Origin: Camelus ferus
Lineage: Eukaryota
Direction: 5' to 3'
Length of the DNA stretch: 64,000 nt
NCBI RefSeq assembly: GCF_009834535.1
Contig: NC_045697.1
Coordinates: 89,468,001 to 89,532,000 of the forward strand
Positions 12,229 to 24,119 of this stretch are shown one piece after another (position 1 is the stretch's first letter; each line of letters opens with the position of its first letter). The notes below the pieces were generated by a model. That model saw only the letters and a list, made by a program, of their open reading frames with translations. It searched no databases and was not told the DNA's origin. Both the position numbers and the translations under genes were made by a program.

Positions 12229-13780
12229 GGGACAGTTTTGTAAATGTCCTTTATAATACTGAGAAACCTTTATTATATTCCTACTTTGTGAGAATTTTGG
12301 ACATAAATTGGAATTGAACAGGCATTTTATAAAATGTTTTCTCTGCCTCTATTAAAATGATTATATCACTTTTCTCTTTTGGTTAATTAATATGGAAATT
12401 CAACAGGTTGGTTTCTGAATGGTAAACTAACCTACCATACCTAAAATAAAACCCCTTTGGTCATGCTGTATTAACTCTTCTTCCATTGCTAGATTCTCTC
12501 TTAATATTTTGTTAAGGAATTTTATGCATATGTTTATGAAGAATATTGGTCTGAACTTTCCTTTTTTGTGATTTTTTATATCATTTTGGTGTCATGGTTT
12601 TGCTGGCCTCATAAAATGAGTTTAAAAATATTATCTCCTCCTCTATTTTCTGGAAGTGGGTGTGTAAGATTCTTCTCACTTGTTTTTCCTGAAATATCTG
12701 GTAGAATTCACCAGTAAAGACATATAAAATCAGTTATGATTCCTTTTTTTTATGTTTTTCCAGTTATTACTGCCCAATAAACTTGGAAAAAAAACCATAA
12801 CTTTGTTTCAGCATGTGCTTCTCAGAGAAAAAAGACTCAGTGATTCTTTTTAAATGGCTAGAGCAATATTCAGATTTTATATTTCTCCTTATATTTCCTG
12901 GCTTAAAATTAGTAATATCCATAATAATTTCTTCATAAGATCTGTAGTAATACTGTATTTTTTCTATCTTGGTCCATCAATCTTGCCAGATGTCTTTCAG
13001 TTTTATTTTTGAAAACAATCAACTTTAGATGTTCCTCATTTTCTGTATTTTTCTTTATTAATACTTTTGATATATACACTTAATTATTTTTCGTGTAACT
13101 TGGTTTAATATGGTTTTTTGTTGACTATATAATATCAGCTTATATACAGGTGAGACTATATTTTTCTGTAAGCACAGCTTTAGCATTATACCACAAAATT
13201 TTGATATATTTTACGTTATCGATCACTGAAATATTTTTTACTGTCTTTTTTATTCTTTTCCCTATCATTTATTCAGAAGTTTATAAATATCCACACAGTT
13301 ATAACTGTAGTTATATCTGTCTTTATTTTTTTAGCTTTTAGTTCAATTCTACTGTAGTCAGACAAAATACTTGACTGATTTCAGTATTTTGAAATTTGTT
13401 GAGTTAACTTATGTCAAAGCATATAATCCAAGTTGATAAATGTTTTACATGTACTTGAAGACTATGAACTCTGTCATTTGGGGGTACAATGTTACAGTAT
13501 GTGAAGTAGGTCAGATGTGTTATCTTTGTTTTTTAAACCTTAATGGTTGCTCAGAAATTCTTTAGCCCTCCTTTAACTTTCAGCCTTCATTGACCTAATA
13601 TTGAGAGAAGGACTCTTAAAAGCATCATTCAGTTCTGGTCATAATTTTTTATCACTTAATTTCCAAATTGACAATCTTTGACTTTGAACTGTTATTGGTT
13701 CTCTTTTTATTTCATGTACTTATTGATAACTGTGGGTCTATATCTGATATCTTTCTGTTTTGGCCAACACATTGATGCAT
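12229..13780 (-). mobile_element. Ancient L1ME-like ORF2 fragment, part 2
   Basis: Continues colinearly from ~10722 (TTTTGTAAATGTCCTTTAT...TGCTGGCCTCATAAAATGAGTT...GGTAGAATTCACCAGTAAAGACAT). Confidence 0.75.
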
Positions 13781-13937
13781 TTAAATATTCAAATAGTATT
13801 TTTCTGAGCTTCTTTTTTTGTTGTTTTAATTAGGAGTGGTTGAAAGTTTCTGTTTTACCATATAGCCAACAATAGCTTCCTGTTGGTCTCTTTCTGATTA
13901 CTATTTTTTTTAAAAAACAGGTGCTTTTCACAGGCAG

Positions 13938-14010
13938 TTTTTGTTTTTTGTTTGTTTTGTTTTGTTTTGTTTTGTTTTGTTTTGTTTTGTTTTGTTTTGT
14001 TTTGTTTTTG
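13938..14010. repeat. (TTTTG)n pentanucleotide microsatellite
   Basis: Directly visible tandem array. Confidence 0.95.
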
Positions 14011-15411
14011 ACAAATAAGACTGGCCACAGAAGTTACCTAGAAATACAGGTAGTTTCAAAATATGAATGTAGTTTTAATCATCTGTTACAGAGACTTAAT
14101 CATCTCTTCTATGTAGTCATTCCAGTGAGCTAATTCTCCACAACCCCCATAATTTTGAGTTAGCAGGGCATTAGCTTAACTCACAATTAAAGTCAGTAAG
14201 CCATAGGTCAGCAAGAATATAGGTGCATGTGTGTGTGAGTCTATGAAATATTTAGCTACTATTTGTTCCTCTTCGACTATCTTTGATCAGTAGTTCAAAA
14301 ATCAGTTACCATCTACTCTTCCTTCACTCCACCCCTGTGCCCACTCCCTTTCTGCTTCCTCTGTACTTCCCCCACTATGTTGTATGGTGACGTGATACTC
14401 GGGGAAGATGCCACAGTTGATACTTATGGCTGGGTTACGATTTCAAGTAACACATTTATTTGAGATTGTTTGGGTCATGAGACATACTTTTGGAAAGCTC
14501 TCTGTGCTGCCAAAGATCTATAGAGATATACGTGTTCTTTGATTTGTCCCTTTATCGGGTCTACTTTTCATGCATTTAGCAGCAGCTCTTTGTAGTTTGA
14601 GTATAAATTGTAAAAATGGTACTTCTTTTCTGTTTGGCTAATTTGAGGGAAAAAAGTGAGGTAGAAATACTCTTGCTTATATTTTTTTTTACCTACATAA
14701 AAATCAAGAACAGTTTTAGGCCATGCAACTAAATTTTCTCCATGCCTAATTAAAAAGTCTGACTTCTGTTTTTGGAAGGAAAAATAGAGAAGCACAGAGA
14801 TTGTGCTTTTCCTGGGCATATTCTTATACAGCAAAGTGCCCTAGAAGTATTGTACTTGTGAATTTTCAATATTACTGAAATATTGAAGCATATATTAAAA
14901 AATTAAGCGTACATCAATTTGGCCTATTAGTAGAAGTATGAGGATTTTAAATAAATCTATAGATAAGATGTAGTACAGAGCTAAAAGTTTTCCATGTATT
15001 CTGATTGCTTAAAGCATTTGGTCCAGTAATAATTTGATGTGATAAATTATATAAAGAAAGGCCACCATGTTCTTTCAGGGACTGGCAAACAGATATTCAG
15101 ACCAAACTGGCATTAAATAAAAACACACATGAAAATTCTCCAAATCAGTGACCATGTTGAAAAATAAATAGATGGATTTTCACAACCTGAACTAACACAG
15201 ATTTCACATCTGGCTTCTTGAGAAGCCCCATCAGTATTACACACGAGCCATTCCAAATGTTAGGCAACAAGATATATTCATTAAGGGTGACCCATGGAAC
15301 ACCAGCCAGGAGCATATGGCAATTGTCTTTACCATACAAAAATCTGGGTTGTGGTATATGCAAAGAATCTAAGACATTCATACAGCAGACTGCCTTAGAA
15401 ACTATTTTTTT

Positions 15412-15468
15412 TAACTTTTTTAAATTGAGTTATAGTCATTTTACAATGTTGTGTCAAATTCCACTGTA
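15412..15468 (-). mobile_element. Ultra-short 5'-truncated L1 3' terminus with 18-bp TSD
   Basis: Minus strand reads TACAGTGGAATTTGACACAACATTGTAAAATGACTATAACTCAATTTAAAA, similar to the L1 ends at ~28250 and ~46220. Flanked by CTTAGAAACTATTTTTTT at 15394-15411 and 15469-15486. Confidence 0.85.
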
Positions 15469-16127
15469 CTTAGAAACTATTTTTTTCTGGCCACTCTGTT
15501 CTTGAATTTTTCCAAGGCACTACAGAAAACAACACATAGAAATGTGCTGGGAAACTGCAGAAAGTTAACAAAAGTTTGGCACAAGATAATTACTCATTTT
15601 TATATGCTTCTGATTATATTTTTAAAAACATTATGCCCTGTTTTAAAGAATTTAACATGATTTAAAGTGGCTTTCAATGATATGTAATACTTAATATTTC
15701 AAAAGTAGAATGCAAATAAGAAACAAGGGTAAAATTAAAACAAGTAACAGAGAAAACCTAAGATATTGCATGCTATAATATCCTGTACATATATATTGTA
15801 GTTTATTAGGAAATCCACACATCTAATAGGAATAAATGGAAAGCCAAGTTTTGACTAGCCATACAAATAGACGGCATGACCAAAAAAAATTAAGATGTTT
15901 GTAATTGGTGCATGGTTTAAGGAAACCATTTGCTGTCTTGACTCCTTATTTCCTGTCTTGATACCAATAGTACCCTAATTTTTCAACTAATACCTTCATC
16001 TCACACAATTGAAAAATCATTCTCACCACTGAAAGTTTGTTGATCCATTTGAATGATTGATATATTCCTAAATAACAGAATACAAATTTTATTAGAGTTA
16101 ATGTCACAGTGCTCCTTGCTCATCTTT

Positions 16128-18604
16128 TTTTTTAAATGAAGTATACTTTAAGGTATACAACACATTGATTTATTTTTTTATAGATTACACACCATACAGA
16201 GTTGTTATAAAATTTTAACTATATTCTCTGCAATGTACATTGCATTCCACTGACATTTATTTTATAACTGGTGATTTGTACCTCTTAATTCCCTTCGCCT
16301 GTTTTGCCCCTCCTAGCACCCTTTTCCCTCATGGCAACCACTACTTTGTTCTCTGTATCTGTGGGTCTGTTTTGTTATATTAATTCGTTTTGTTTCTTAC
16401 ATTACAAATATAAGTGGAAACATATAGTATTTGTCTTTCTCTGACTTATTTCATTAAGTGTAATACCCTCTAAGGACCATCCATGCTGTCACAAACTGCA
16501 AGATTTCATTCTTTCATTAGTTTTCACTTTTATGGTTAAGTAATAATCCATTATATATGTGTTGCGTAATGGAATATTACTCAGCCATTAAAAGGGAAAT
16601 ATAAATATATATAATCTCATTTATTCATCTGTCAATGGACACTTAGATTGTTTCCATATCTTAAGTATTGGAAATAATTGTTCTATGAGTACTGGGATGC
16701 ATATGTCTTTTTCAACTAGCTTTTAAAAAAATTTTTTTTTCAGTTAAATATTCAGAAGTAGAATTGCTGGATTGTATTTCCTCTTTACCCATTTCTTATA
16801 AGGCTGGTTTAATGGCAGTACATCTTAGTTTTTGTTTGGGAAACACTTTCTCCTTCAGTTCTTCAATTCTAAATGATAACCATGCTGGGTAGAGAATCCT
16901 TGGTTGTAATTTTTTTTTCTTTGAGCACTGTAAGTATATTATGCTACTCCTTTGTGGACTGCAAAGTTTCTGCTGAAAAAATCAGCTGATACCCCTATTG
17001 GGCTTCTTTGTATATGACTTTGTTTTTATCTTGCTGTCTTTAAAATTCTCCCTTTAACTTTTACCATTGTAAATATGTTGTGTCTTGGTATGGATCTCTT
17101 GGGGTTCATCTTATTTGGGATTCTCTGTGCTTCCTTTACCTGAATAGCTGTTTCCTTTTTCAGATTAGGGAAGTTTCTAGCCATAATTTCATCAAATATA
17201 TTTTCTGCCTCTTTTTCTCTCTATTCCTTCTGGGACCCCTGTAGTGAAAGTGTTAGTTAATTTGATGTAGTTTCTCAGATCTCTTAAATATCTACATTTA
17301 AAATTGTTTTTTTCTTTTTTCTGGTCCAACTGGGTGATTCCTACTATTCTGTCTTCCAGGTTCCTTATACATTTTTCCTGTATCATTTAGTCTGCTGTTG
17401 TTTCCCTCTAGTGTATTTTGTATTTTAGTTATTGTATTTTCCAGCTCTGTTTGGTTCTTTTTTCTGTTTTGTAATTCTTTGTTGAAGCTCTCACTGTGTT
17501 CCCTTATTGTTTCCCTATTTTGGTGAGCCTTTTTTATGACCTTTTGAACTCTTATCAAGTAAATTACTTTCTCATTTCATTAGGATCTTTTTTCCCTTTG
17601 TTCTTCTGTTTGGAACATGTTCCTGTGTCTTTTCATTTTGTTTGACTTTCTGTGTCTGTCTCCATGAAAACAGGTGAAAAAGTTACCTTTCCCAGTCTCT
17701 AAGGCATGTTCTTGTGTAGGAGTGCACCTCTGCAGTCTGTGTGTTCCTGGGGGCTTTGGCAGGAAGACTGGAGTTGAAGCAAGTGTGAGCTGAAGTTTTT
17801 TCCAGGGTGTGCTGGTGGCTGTTGCCTTCAGGGTGGGGTGAGGGGAAGGCTGCAGTTTCCAGAAAGGCTAGAGCTGCAGCTCTGCATAGGTTGCAGCTTC
17901 TCCTAGGGGATTCAGGTGGTTGCACCTTGAAGGAGGGCAGGACTGGAGCTGGAGCCCAGAAGGGGCCAGACTTTTCCCAGAGTGCACCAGGGCTGATCCT
18001 TTGGCAGGTGGTGGAGTGTTACAACTGGAGCCCAGTGCAGACTGGGTACATGCTAGGGCCCTGATGGCAGGCCAGCTAGAGTACCAAGCACTTTTTAATG
18101 TGCTGCCTCTGCAATGGGACTGGAAACAAATAAGTTTGTGGATACACCCTTTAAGAGCAGATTCAGTTTTCCTACAGCCCTCAAGTTCTCCCTGTTGTGA
18201 GACACACTGGTTTTCAAAACCAGTTATGGTGCCTTATCTTCCCAGTGCTGGACTCCAGGGCTGAGGTGCCCAATGTGGGGCTTGAACTCTTGCACTTTAA
18301 GGAGGTCCTCAATGTTTGTGATATCTCCTTCCTCTTTTGGATTGCCCACTGAAGTGTATGTCTTGACTAGATTGCTTCTCTTCTCTTCCTTTCTACTCAT
18401 CTCAATCATCTCATCATCTCAATGTGAGTGTGTGTGTGTGTCTCTGTGTTTTTTTTTTTCCCATTCTTATTTGTAAAAGAGGCATTCTGCTAGTCTCCAG
18501 GTTGTTCTCAGAGAGATTTGTTTTACATGTGGTTGTAGTTTTGGTGTTTTCATGGGAGAAGGTGAGCTTGTGTCTTTTTAGTCTGCACTCGATCCCACTT
18601 CTCT
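16128..18604 (-). mobile_element. L1 with 5'UTR and ORF1 joined directly to the 3' end (nearly all ORF2 absent), TSD-bounded
   Basis: GC-richer 5'UTR at ~17690-18600. ORF1p-like frames 17298-17558 (KKNQTELENTITKIQNTLEGNNSRLNDT) and 17192-17386 (TTGVPEGIE). Junction at ~16778 to ORF2 C-terminus/3'UTR. TTGCTCATCTTT at 16116-16127 and 18605-18616. Confidence 0.85.
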
Positions 18605-18733
18605 TTGCTCATCTTTATATACCAAGTTTCTAACATAATTCTACCATTTTTACCTGTGTTACTATATTGTGAAATTTACTTAATTTGATTGTATAATATG
18701 AAATAATGCTTCTGTAATTTGAGTTTATGCATA

Positions 18734-18870
18734 CAGCCAGTTCTGCTACAATATGATACAACATTCCTGAACATTTTATATTATGTAAAATTATGCACTG
18801 AAATAAGGAGGCATGCCAGAAAGGCAGTTATGGACAAACCACTTAAAATATATGCAACTTTCTAACCTGA
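18734..18870 (+). mobile_element. Possible TcMar-Tigger DNA transposon end
   Basis: TA followed by CAGCCAGTTCTGCTACAAT resembles old Tigger termini; strongly decayed. Confidence 0.4.
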
Positions 18871-20169
18871 CCTCCAACTGAAAAATAACACTACAAGTAA
18901 ATATAAGATACAGTAAATTACACTTTTTAAAAAGAGAAGAGAGTTTTAAAACCATTATCCAAGGAGAAAATTTTAAGAAAAATCAAGGATTATTATTCTT
19001 AGGAACAAAAAATAATTTTAGAACTTGTAGTTTTTCTTCTTGAAGGAAATTCCCTCTGGATTTAAAATGCCACTTTTTCAGATTTATATTTATATTCAAG
19101 ATTATATGTAGGGAGGGGTGATATTAAGTGATCTGTTATTATATTGACTAGCACTTATCCTGATTTATATCTAAAATAAAGTGTGATTAAAATAGTTAAT
19201 AAACCGTAAGAAACTTGCAGGTGGTTAGTTTTAAATTCAAAAGAATAGCAGTTTATCTCAGTTTATTTTTGTTTATCAGCGAAGTTCTAGTTGAAGCTGT
19301 GTTTGGAGTATGTCACTTGTGTCAGACTTCTGTTCATATTATAATGGAAGTAGGGGTGGGTTTTATACCCAACTTGTTAGAAGGAGAATAGATTACATAG
19401 AAAGCCAATTATTAAAAGACCCATTACTAAATAGAAACAGACTCATTAAATGTTACTCTATGGTGACCAGTAAATACTTGTTGCATTTGAGTTGCAGGAA
19501 TAAGCTTTCCTACATCAAATCCAGTCTGGCTGAGCCTATACTTGCCAGGGTGGGGTGGAAATCAGTTCTGAGTCATTGTGGAATAGAGAGCCCCTTTCCC
19601 TGTCTTTCAGAGACAGGAGAACCCTAGGGATCTTGGAGCAAGTCATCAGGACTTCAGCCCATTACAGTGACCTCAGAATTGCTTACTTTCCAAATGACAT
19701 AGTTTATCTGAAGATACATTTTACTGCCCCTTGTCATCCATTTCCTCTCTGCCAGGATCTCCCTCATAGCTCTTAATTTTTTAAAAAATATAGTCAAGTT
19801 TCCATTTTGAAGCACCTCCTCCTTTGGGGACAATAATATTCTTAGGATCCTTCCTGGGAGTAGAACACAGGTGTCAACCCCTCTTGAAACCTCACAGTCC
19901 TCTATCTTTTGGGTATCAAGTAGTATAATCTAGTTCTTCCCTTTTCCTTCAAATGCATATCATTCCCTTCTTGGGCAAACCATCTGCTATTGTGATGTCA
20001 GCTTTTGAAGAACCAGAGGCCTATTAATCCTCCCCTAAAAAAGAAAGTCACACTTGGAAAGCTGAGGTAGCATGCTCTCTGCAGATGCTACACAATTGAG
20101 AACAAGAGAATTACTATTCTGGTTGATAATCCTGTTGCACACTTAACCACCACCCTCTAACAACAGTAG

Positions 20170-21023
20170 TTGAGGTTTGATTCTTTAGTCTTCCCTCTCC
20201 TTCACTTCCCTTCACCCCTAACACAGCATCACAACCTGCGAAATCTCTCTTGGATCTGTCTACTTCTCTCCAGCTCTCAGGGAGGGAACCTAGATTAAAA
20301 CACCTCATCTCTCACCTGGACTACTACAGGGTATCTCCCCATCTCATTCCCATATGCTCAAATTCCTTCTTCACAGAGGGAGATGATTTTAAAATACAAA
20401 TTAGTTTGTATTTATTTATTATTTATTTTATTATACCACATCCCCACCTTCCTATACATTCCTTTCTTGAAGACCTTTAAATGGCTTCTTATTTCTCTAA
20501 GAATAAAGTCCAGCACTGTAGCCTACAAGATCCTGGAGGGGTTAACCTTTCTAGAACACTCCAACTAATTTTACAACAACACCACCGTGTTCTCTGCATT
20601 CAGTAACATTGCTGTCATTCACTCTGTCCTTGGGTCATGGTCTCCAGTGCCGGCCAGACCTCCTCCAGTCCTGCGTACCCCACAACACCCATACAGAAGG
20701 TGCTTTCACCTGCTGTTGCTTCTTGGAAGAGGCCACTTTCCATTTCACCATGTACTTCCTATTCCTTCTTCAGGTTTCAGTTGAGTCTTTACTTCTGACT
20801 TTTTTTTTTTTTTCCCCAAGATGAAATCCTGCCTGTTATAACTACTTTTCCACAGATACATCAGCATTTGTTTTAAACATTAGTTTTAATGTTTTGGTTC
20901 AGACAGAATTCCATCTCCATGAAAGCAGAGCTCTATTAAGTTTTTGTTTACTATTATATCCACCCTATGAAATATAGTTTCTGACATTTTGTAGGTGGTG
21001 AGTAAATATTTGTTAAAAGAAAG
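20170..21023 (+). mobile_element. L2 LINE 3' portion
   Basis: CATCTCTCACCTGGACTACT...TTTAAATGGCTTCTTATTTCTCTAAGAATAAAGTCCA...GTAGGTGGTGAGTAAATATTTTGTTAAAAGAA. Confidence 0.8.
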
Positions 21024-21078
21024 ACTATTCACACCTAGGTACAGTACAGTAGTTATTTGGCTGATCATTTGCACTTAC

Positions 21079-21114
21079 AGTTGTGATTTCTTTTTCCCCT
21101 TTCTTCTTGTGCTA
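21079..21114 (-). other. Candidate 36-nt micro-exon (host gene unknown)
   Basis: Minus strand: pyrimidine-rich tract ...ctctgcactccag|TAGCACAAGAAGAAAGGGGAAAAAGAAATCACAACT|gtaagt, in non-repeat sequence. Motif evidence only. Confidence 0.3.
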
Positions 21115-21889
21115 CTGGAGTGCAGAGTCGTTTGGAATAAGTAAAAAGGAAAACAAATAATCCCACATTATGGGGAAAGTCCTAAAGAATATTGTTAAGA
21201 TTGACTTTTCCTGGAAAATAGGAAATAAACCTAATTCTTAATCCTTTTATCTTTGTGTATTAAATATATTTTGCTTTAAAATGAAAAATAAATATTTGTG
21301 ACTTGTGTTTGGGAAAAAAAGTTAATATTAGTTAATTTTTTTTTCCACTTAGGTAAGAATCTACATTATTTAGGCTTCTAACTCACCATTACATGGTGAG
21401 AAAAAAATATGCTAATGAAGAGCCAGCTTTTTTCCAGGTAATGATACTGGAAGACAGGCAACTTGAAAGACAATATGACCTTATTTTGATTTTTAACTTG
21501 AAATAATTGTGCACTAAAAAATTCAGTATCTTACTCAAACTTGAGCTCATGTTGATATACTACAGCTACACTGTTCACGCCTCATACTCTGAGACTTTCA
21601 ACATAACATGGAAAGTAGAGTTGAGGACCACACAGCCAAGCTGTAGTTAAAAAAAAAAAAAAAAAAAGCCATTAATAAAGAAGCCATCAGTACTGCCCTC
21701 TGCCACCCCAAATGAGAGGATACTTAGGGCACGAACGTATTCTGCCGTAGGAAACTGAGTGAGATTACTGAGGGCTAATTGGTGATAACTCCTCCTGTGT
21801 CCACAAAATAGCAATAAATACATTGCAGTTTCCTTTTATATAGTGGCCAATTTAATTCATATGGGCAGCTAAAGATACTGATACAATAA

Positions 21890-22133
21890 GTGGTGTATCA
21901 TAGTGTTAGGTGGGCAAATTCTCGAGTCAGATAATTTGGGTTGAAATAATCTCTTTACCTCTTCCACATTGTCATCTAGGGTAAAGTAAGCATCATTAAT
22001 AATCCTGTTTCTTTTCTATAAATGGATAAAATAGCACTTCCTATTTCATAGGGAGTTTAAAAGAGAAATGAGTGGTGAGTGCTTAGTATAATGCTTGGCA
22101 CAGAACATACACTCAGTAAATCGTAATTACTAT
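21890..22133 (+). mobile_element. MIR SINE, near full length
   Basis: GAGTCAGATAATTTGGGTTGAAAT...CTATAAATGGATAAAATAGCACTTCCTATTTCATAGGG...GCTTGGCACAG...CTCAGTAAAT. Confidence 0.75.
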
Positions 22134-22674
22134 GTGATACTGGTAATCATGCCACAAATATAATTAGGATAATCTACATACCATTTTATAACAGCAAAAT
22201 AAACCTGATTTGAAAACAGTGTGTGTTATTCTGATGAGTACTTATTGGTAGAAAAGATGGATTTTATGGAATAAACTAAAACTAAAAAAATACAGTATTA
22301 AACTTAATATTAAATTGGCACTTGTTTAGTTTACATATAAACCTTAATCTTTGACATATAATAGTTTCTACAGATAGTGTTTAGAAAAATAAGTTGTTTT
22401 TGAAGTTATAAATATTTAGAATAGGAAATATTGAAAAGTTGACCAAAACAAACAAATAATAGAAAACTATCCCTTATCAAACTTTGTTTTCAAATTCTGT
22501 AGATAAAATTCCTAGCTTGTTTTGATTAAGTTATTTTTGAATACTATTATTTTCCACGGCTTTTATTTTACTGTTTTCTGTCCTAAAAAATAAAAGAACT
22601 TCAAACAAAAATTTATTAATTTCATCCTTTCTTTCATAAAGGATAAGAATAAAGTTGAAAAGAAATAAGTAGGG

Positions 22675-23378
22675 TTTTTTTGAGGTATACTTGATTTATA
22701 ATGTATTAGTTTCTGGAGTACGGCTTCAGTTTTTCATATATATGTGTATATATATTCTTTTTTATATTTATTTTCATTATAGGTTATTACAAGCTATTGA
22801 ATATAGTTCCCTGTGCTATACAGTAGGGCCTTTTTGTTTATCTATTTTGTGTATAGTAATTTGTATCTGCTAATCACAAACTCCTAATTTATCTATCCCT
22901 CCCTTTTCCCCTTTAGTTATCACAAGTTTATGTCTGTGAGTCTGTTTTGTAAATAAGTTCATTTGTGTCATTTTTTACATTGCACATAGAAGTGATATCA
23001 TATGGTATTTGTCTTTCTCTTTCTGGCTTACTTCACTTAGTATGATAATCTCTAGGTCCATCCATGTTGCTGCACATGGCGTTATTTCATATATATACAC
23101 ACACACCACAACTTCTTTATCAAGTTATCTGTTGATGAACATTTAGGTTGCTTCCGTATCTTTGCTATTGTAAACAGTGTTGTTATGAACATTGGGTTGC
23201 ATGTGTCTTTTTAAATTAAAGTTTTCTCTGGATATATGTCCAGGAGTAGAATTGCTGGATCATAAGGTAACTCTGTTTTTAGTTTAGTTTTTCTTTTAAA
23301 GCCATCTCCATTACTGTTTTCCGTAGTTGCTGCATCAGATTACATTGCCACAAACAGTGTAGGAGGGTTCACCCCCGC
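22675..23378 (-). mobile_element. Cetartiodactyl-type L1 3' end, 5'-truncated
   Basis: CATTATAGGTTATTACAAG...TCCCTGTGCTATACAGTAGG...TCTGGCTTACTTCACTTAGTATGATAATCTCTAGGTCCATCCATGTTGCTGC. Confidence 0.92.
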
Positions 23379-23479
23379 AAAATTAATTTTATACACTTCT
23401 TTAAGTTGATCTTTTTTTCTTTCTTAAACGTTTATTTAATAAAAGCGATTAAAGAAAAAATATTTAAATTTTTACAGTA

Positions 23480-23616
23480 TTGTCTTCCCAATAGATTATA
23501 AGCTCTTCAAGGGCTGGGACGTGGGTATCTCAATCAGCAACATATAATGGATTATATAAAATGGTGTGTTGAATAAATAAATGCATGATGAATGAGTAAT
23601 GAATGAATAAATGAAC
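23480..23616 (+). mobile_element. L2 3' terminus
   Basis: TAGATTATAAGCTCTTCAAGGGCTGGGAC followed by a (TGAA)-like tail. Confidence 0.7.
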
Positions 23617-24119
23617 AAGTATGTAATCTCTTAGCTTTTATTGAAGTTTGTTTTTATTTGATAAATTTTATTGTGAATTGCTGGATGTGGTGACTCAGAA
23701 TAGATGAGGTGACCATAGAGTAGTTAAATTGGTTGGTCAGGTCTCATTTAAAACAATTTTACATTTCTAGACAGAATTTTAATATGAAACTCATCCACTA
23801 GCATTTTAATCACATTAAAATTGCAAACTCACTGTAAATTGTGAACTTATGCTGAAGAATTCCAGTTTAATAACTTCAGCTCATGTTTTGAAACTAATTT
23901 ATAACTGGTCAGGAAAGAATCTAAAGTCTTATGTCTTATAAAATTACAATAAGCTATAATTTGCTGGTTCTTAAATGTTGGAAATCTTATTAGCTCTGTG
24001 TTTTTATTCCTAAAAAAGTTCCTGACTTTTGTTTAGATGGAAAAATAAAAATATAAATGTTGGAATGTTAGCTTCCTTCATTTCCATACAAGCATTAGTT
24101 AATAAGTAAATGCCAATCT

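Noticed and set aside
19310..19627. 105-aa ORF in unique sequence (likewise 47315-47635 and 650-1009)
   Set aside because: No recognisable domain or supporting splice structure; lengths are expected by chance in 64 kb.
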